A DNA stretch of 45,360 nt from Actinomycetes bacterium. Lineage in GTDB: Bacteria; Actinomycetota; Actinomycetes; JAJZTN01. The notes under the pieces are model-generated. The model ran no database searches, had not been told where the DNA came from, and worked only from the letters and a program-made list of their open reading frames with translations. A program made the translations under genes and the position numbers. The stretch spans positions 1-45,360 of the forward strand of contig JAJZTN010000003.1 of assembly GCA_021848885.1 (NCBI GenBank), given 5' to 3'. Positions 41,791 to 45,360 of this stretch are shown piece by piece. Each line of letters begins with the position of its first letter. Within the stretch, counting starts at the first letter, position 1.

Positions 41791-41822
41791 CCGGGCAGCC
41801 TGTGACCGGGCAGCCTGTGACT
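41778..41822 (+). repeat. 15-bp tandem repeat x3 over the hisB stop codon
   Basis: GGGCAGCCTGTGAC(C/T) at 41778, 41793, 41808. Confidence 0.95.
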
Positions 41823-41863
41823 AGGCGGCCGCGGAACGCTGCGCAGGCGGGCTGGGCCGGCCG

Positions 41864-42499
41864 GTGAGCCGCCCCGGTGTCGTCGTGCTCGATTACGGGT
41901 CGGGCAACGTCCGCTCGGCGGTGCGGGCCCTCGAGCACGTGGGCGCCGACGTGCAGCTCACCGCGGAGACTGACGCGGCGCTTCAGGCCGATGGCCTCGT
42001 GGTGCCTGGGGTGGGGGCCTTCGCCGCCTGCATGGCCGGACTGCGGGCAGTATCGGGCGCCCAGCTCGTCGGTCGACGGCTGGCCGGTGCCCGCCCGGTG
42101 CTGGGCATCTGCGTGGGCATGCAGGTGCTCTTCGAGGCCGGGGTGGAGCACGGGGTCCGGACGGCGGGTCTGGGCGAGTGGCCCGGCACGGTGGAGCGAC
42201 TGCACGCCGATGTGCTGCCGCACATGGGCTGGAGCGTCGTGCACCCACCGGAGGGCTCCCGGCTGTTCGCCGGGGTGGAAGGTGAGCGGTTCTACTTCGT
42301 GCACTCCTACGCCGCCCGCCGCTGGGAAATGGCCGACTCCAGCCAGCTGGCACCACCGCTGGTCAGCTGGGCCGAGCACGGCGAGCGCTTCGTCGCCGCG
42401 GTGGAGAACGGGGTGCTTGCAGCCACCCAGTTCCACCCCGAGAAGTCCTCCTCCGCCGGTTTGACGCTGCTGGAGAACTGGGTGGGGATGCTCAGATGA
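41864..42499 (+). CDS. hisH: Imidazole glycerol phosphate synthase glutaminase subunit
   Basis: DYGSGN, PGVGAF, GICVGMQ, PHMGW, YFVHSY, QFHPEKS. Confidence 0.97.
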   Translation: MSRPGVVVLDYGSGNVRSAVRALEHVGADVQLTAETDAALQADGLVVPGVGAFAACMAGLRAVSGAQLVGRRLAGARPVLGICVGMQVLFEAGVEHGVRTAGLGEWPGTVERLHADVLPHMGWSVVHPPEGSRLFAGVEGERFYFVHSYAARRWEMADSSQLAPPLVSWAEHGERFVAAVENGVLAATQFHPEKSSSAGLTLLENWVGMLR

Positions 42500-43227
42500 G
42501 CGGGCCGAGCCTGCAGCTGCTGCCGGCGGTGGACGTGGCTGCCGGGCAGGCCGTGCGTCTCGTGCAGGGCGAGGCCGGCACCGAGACCTCCTACGGCGAC
42601 CCGCTAGCCGCAGCCGTGACCTGGCAGCAGGCCGGTGCGCAGTGGGTGCACCTGGTCGACCTCGACGCTGCCTTCGGGCGCGGCTCCAACGCCGCCCTTC
42701 TGGCCGAGGTGGTGGCCGCCCTCGACGTCGCCGTGGAGCTGTCCGGCGGGATCCGTGACGACGACACGCTGCGCGCGGCGCTTGCGACCGGATGCGCTCG
42801 GGTCAACCTCGGCACCGCGGCACTGGAGGACCCGGCCTGGACCGCCCGGGTGATCGCCGAGCACGGGGAGCGGATCGCCGTCGGCCTCGACGTGCGGGGG
42901 AGGACCCTGGCCGCGCGCGGCTGGACCCGCGAGGGCGGGCAGCTGTGGGAGGTGCTCGAGCGGTTGGACCGTGACGGGTGCGCCCGGTACGTGCTCACCG
43001 ACGTCACCAAGGACGGCACCCTGCGCGGACCGAACCTGCGGCTGCTGCGTGAGGTGTGTGCCCGCACCGACCGACCGGTCATCGCCAGCGGGGGTGTGTC
43101 ATCGCTGGACGATCTGCGTGCCCTGCGTGAGCTGGTGGTGCACGGGGTGGAGGGCGCCATCGTCGGCAAGGCCCTGTATGCCGGAGCGTTCACGCTGCCG
43201 GAGGCTCTGGAGGTCGCTGGTGGGTGA
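42496..43227 (+). CDS. priA: Phosphoribosyl isomerase A (actinobacterial HisA/TrpF)
   Basis: [43 protein letters not shown]. Confidence 0.93.
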   Translation: MSGPSLQLLPAVDVAAGQAVRLVQGEAGTETSYGDPLAAAVTWQQAGAQWVHLVDLDAAFGRGSNAALLAEVVAALDVAVELSGGIRDDDTLRAALATGCARVNLGTAALEDPAWTARVIAEHGERIAVGLDVRGRTLAARGWTREGGQLWEVLERLDRDGCARYVLTDVTKDGTLRGPNLRLLREVCARTDRPVIASGGVSSLDDLRALRELVVHGVEGAIVGKALYAGAFTLPEALEVAGG

Positions 43228-44032
43228 GCCAGCCGGAGACCCGGCGGTGGGTGGGCTCGGCGGGGGCCCGGCGGTGCGCGTCATCCCGTGCCTGGACGTC
43301 GACGCCGGCCGGGTGGTCAAGGGGGTCAACTTCCTCGACCTGCGCGACGCCGGGGACCCGGTCGAGATGGCCCGAACCTACGACGACGAGGGCGCGGACG
43401 AGCTCGTCTTCCTCGACATCACCGCGTCCGCGGCCGACCGCGAGACCACCTACGACGTGGTGCGTCGTACCGCCGGAGAGGTCTTCATCCCGCTCACCGT
43501 CGGCGGTGGGGTGCGCAGCGTGGCCGACGTGGACCGGTTGCTGCGCGCCGGAGCGGACAAGGTGGGGGTCAACACCGCCGCGGTCCTGCGGCCGGGGCTC
43601 ATCGCCGAGATCGCTGAGCGGTTCGGCAGCCAGGTGCTCGTGCTGTCCTTGGACGCCCGGCGGGTCAGCGGGTCCAGCCGCACCGAGTCCGGCTTCGAGG
43701 TGACCACGCACGGCGGAGGCCGGGGCACCGGGACGGACGCGGTGGCATGGGCGGCACGGGCCTGCGAGCTCGGGGCCGGTGAGCTGCTGCTGAACTCGAT
43801 GGACGCCGACGGCACACAGTCCGGCTACGACCTCGAGCTGATCGCCGCGGTGCGCGCGGCCGTGCGGGTCCCGGTCATCGCATCGGGCGGGGCGGGCCGG
43901 CTGGAGCACTTCGCCCCGGCGGTGGCGGCGGGGGCCGACGCCGTGCTTGCCGCCAGCGTCTTGCACTTCGGCACACTGCGCATCAGCGAGATCAAGGCTG
44001 CACTGCGCTCCGCCGGAGTGGCCGTGCGCTGA
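43220..44032 (+). CDS. hisF: Imidazole glycerol phosphate synthase cyclase subunit
   Basis: [43 protein letters not shown]; start at 43220 or 43247. Confidence 0.96.
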   Translation: MGEPAGDPAVGGLGGGPAVRVIPCLDVDAGRVVKGVNFLDLRDAGDPVEMARTYDDEGADELVFLDITASAADRETTYDVVRRTAGEVFIPLTVGGGVRSVADVDRLLRAGADKVGVNTAAVLRPGLIAEIAERFGSQVLVLSLDARRVSGSSRTESGFEVTTHGGGRGTGTDAVAWAARACELGAGELLLNSMDADGTQSGYDLELIAAVRAAVRVPVIASGGAGRLEHFAPAVAAGADAVLAASVLHFGTLRISEIKAALRSAGVAVR

Positions 44033-44100
44033 ACGCCGGGTGCGCCGGGCGTTCCCGGTGGACGACCCGGGGACGACCGGCGCACCAGCGCGGTCCGGTC
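44031..44100. terminator. Two GC-rich hairpins between convergent hisF and the membrane gene
   Basis: GAACGCCGGG/CCGGGCGTTC (one mismatch) and GACCGG...CCGGTC; no U tract. Confidence 0.4.
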
Positions 44101-45004
44101 AGGGCGCGACCGGCTGCCCCTGCAGACGGCGGTAGGCGTAGGTCATCGCCAGCAGCGAGACCGGGACCGTCACGATCAGGCCGATCCCGCACAGCAGCGA
44201 CCCGATGACGTAGGCGACCAGCACCCCGATGACCAGCATGACCACCGAGGAGGCGTTCTCCTTGACCAGGTGGAAGCTGGACTTCACCGACTCCCAGGCT
44301 CCCTGGTGCTGGTCGATGACGAAGAACAGGTAGAAGGCGGTGAAGAAGGACACCACCAGCGTCCCGACGTAACAGGCCAGCACCCCAACGAAGCTCAGCG
44401 CACCCACGATGACCGCCGCGCCGAGCACCACGCCGAGGTCCTTGGTGGACAGCAGGGAGGACAGCTCGAGGCGCGCCCCGTCCGCGATCGCCAGCGCGCC
44501 GCGGATGATGGCCGCCTGAAGGAAGGCCAGCAGCACGAAGAACACCCCGGCGGAGAACGCCGAGAACAGCAGGCTCATCACGAAGCCGGATCCCGCCGAG
44601 CTGCTGATCGCCCCGGTCGTCTGGTCCACCGTGATGCTCGCGGGGTGCACGAAAAGGGCCGAACCGACCATGAACCACACGACGTAGATCACGCCGATGA
44701 CCACCACGTAGATCAGCGACGCGACCAGGATGGCACCGGCGTTCTGCTGGAACTTCGCCCAGCCCCAGTTGAAGGCCTCACCCACCGTGAAGGGTGCCCC
44801 GGCACCTGCCGGCTGACCGAGCGGGGCGGCCCCGAATCCGGGCGGGGGTGTGCCTGCGCCGGCGGGAGGGGGCGGTGGGGTGCTCCAGCTGGGTGGCGGC
44901 GGCGTCGCGCCCTGACCCCCGGCGCCAGAGTCGGGTTGCTCGCTCGGTGGGCGGAAGGGATCCGGGGGCTCGCTCGGGCCGGCCGGTGGGGTGTTCTCGC
45001 TCAC
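44099..45004 (-). CDS. Integral membrane protein with proline-rich N-terminus
   Basis: Pro-rich head, FTVGEAFNWGWAKF, several TM segments, LLCGIGLIVTVP, YAYRRL. Confidence 0.85.
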   Translation of the reverse strand: MSENTPPAGPSEPPDPFRPPSEQPDSGAGGQGATPPPPSWSTPPPPPAGAGTPPPGFGAAPLGQPAGAGAPFTVGEAFNWGWAKFQQNAGAILVASLIYVVVIGVIYVVWFMVGSALFVHPASITVDQTTGAISSSAGSGFVMSLLFSAFSAGVFFVLLAFLQAAIIRGALAIADGARLELSSLLSTKDLGVVLGAAVIVGALSFVGVLACYVGTLVVSFFTAFYLFFVIDQHQGAWESVKSSFHLVKENASSVVMLVIGVLVAYVIGSLLCGIGLIVTVPVSLLAMTYAYRRLQGQPVAP

Positions 45005-45115
45005 AGGCACCTCGGGGTTGCTCGTCCTCCGCGTGGACGCGTGCACGCGCCGTCGCCGAACGTAGCGACCCGGCGTGGTGGTCGGGAGTGCTTTGCCGAG
45101 AGATCATCCGGATGC

Positions 45116-45149
45116 CCGAGGGTGTCCTCTCGCCGGGGGACACCCTCGG
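45116..45149. repeat. Perfect 12-bp inverted repeat between divergent genes
   Basis: CCGAGGGTGTCC-N10-GGACACCCTCGG. Confidence 0.85.
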
Positions 45150-45205
45150 CACGTCGTGGACGGGCCGGGGGTGGCGGTGGTGGACTGTGCCGGAAAGGGG
45201 GGGCG

Positions 45206-45360
45206 ATGACCACGCCGGACACGCTCGCGGCCGCCGCGGACACCTCGACCGACACCAGGGCTGGTCTGCTGGCCCGTTGCACCGCGCCGCTGGTCTTGGC
45301 TGGCGTCGGGTTGGCGGCCGTGGTGCTCGTCGCCGTGGTCGACCCCAACCAGCCGGGGCA
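45206..45360 (+). CDS. DUF2752-like membrane protein, 3' end outside the window
   Basis: ATG 45206 reads MTTPDT...LVLAGVGLAAVVLVAVVDPNQPG; TM followed by DPxxPG is typical of the family. Confidence 0.65.
   Translation, partial: MTTPDTLAAAADTSTDTRAGLLARCTAPLVLAGVGLAAVVLVAVVDPNQPG

Overview
High-GC actinobacterial chromosomal window made up mostly of core genes. In order: a 5'-truncated DnaE2-like polymerase, SAM methyltransferase, dinB and DUF3040 (+); a MoxR/DUF58/transglutaminase operon (-); the full dcw cluster (mraZ, mraW-type RNA hairpin, rsmH, ftsL, ftsI, murE, murF, mraY, murD, ftsW, murG, murC, ftsQ, ftsZ, pgeF, yggS, sepF, yggT, divIVA); an unknown gene and DUF167 where ileS often sits; a DksA/TraR protein with a long histone-H1-like repeat, lspA, a RluA-family gene and replicative dnaE; a membrane gene and ybaK; hisD-C-B-H-priA-hisF; a membrane protein and a truncated DUF2752 gene. 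I see no mobile element, CRISPR, tRNA or rRNA. The best leads are (1) the DnaE paralog with its own clamp-type motif, degenerate PHP ligands and no SRDF tail, clustered with a methyltransferase and DinB, (2) many recent short tandem duplications, several copying stop codons, (3) the H1-like DksA, (4) the unknown gene plus structured intergenic region after divIVA, and (5) a 38-bp x3 repeat between leaderless-type ybaK and hisD promoters. All calls come from motif recognition and gene order; no database searches were run.
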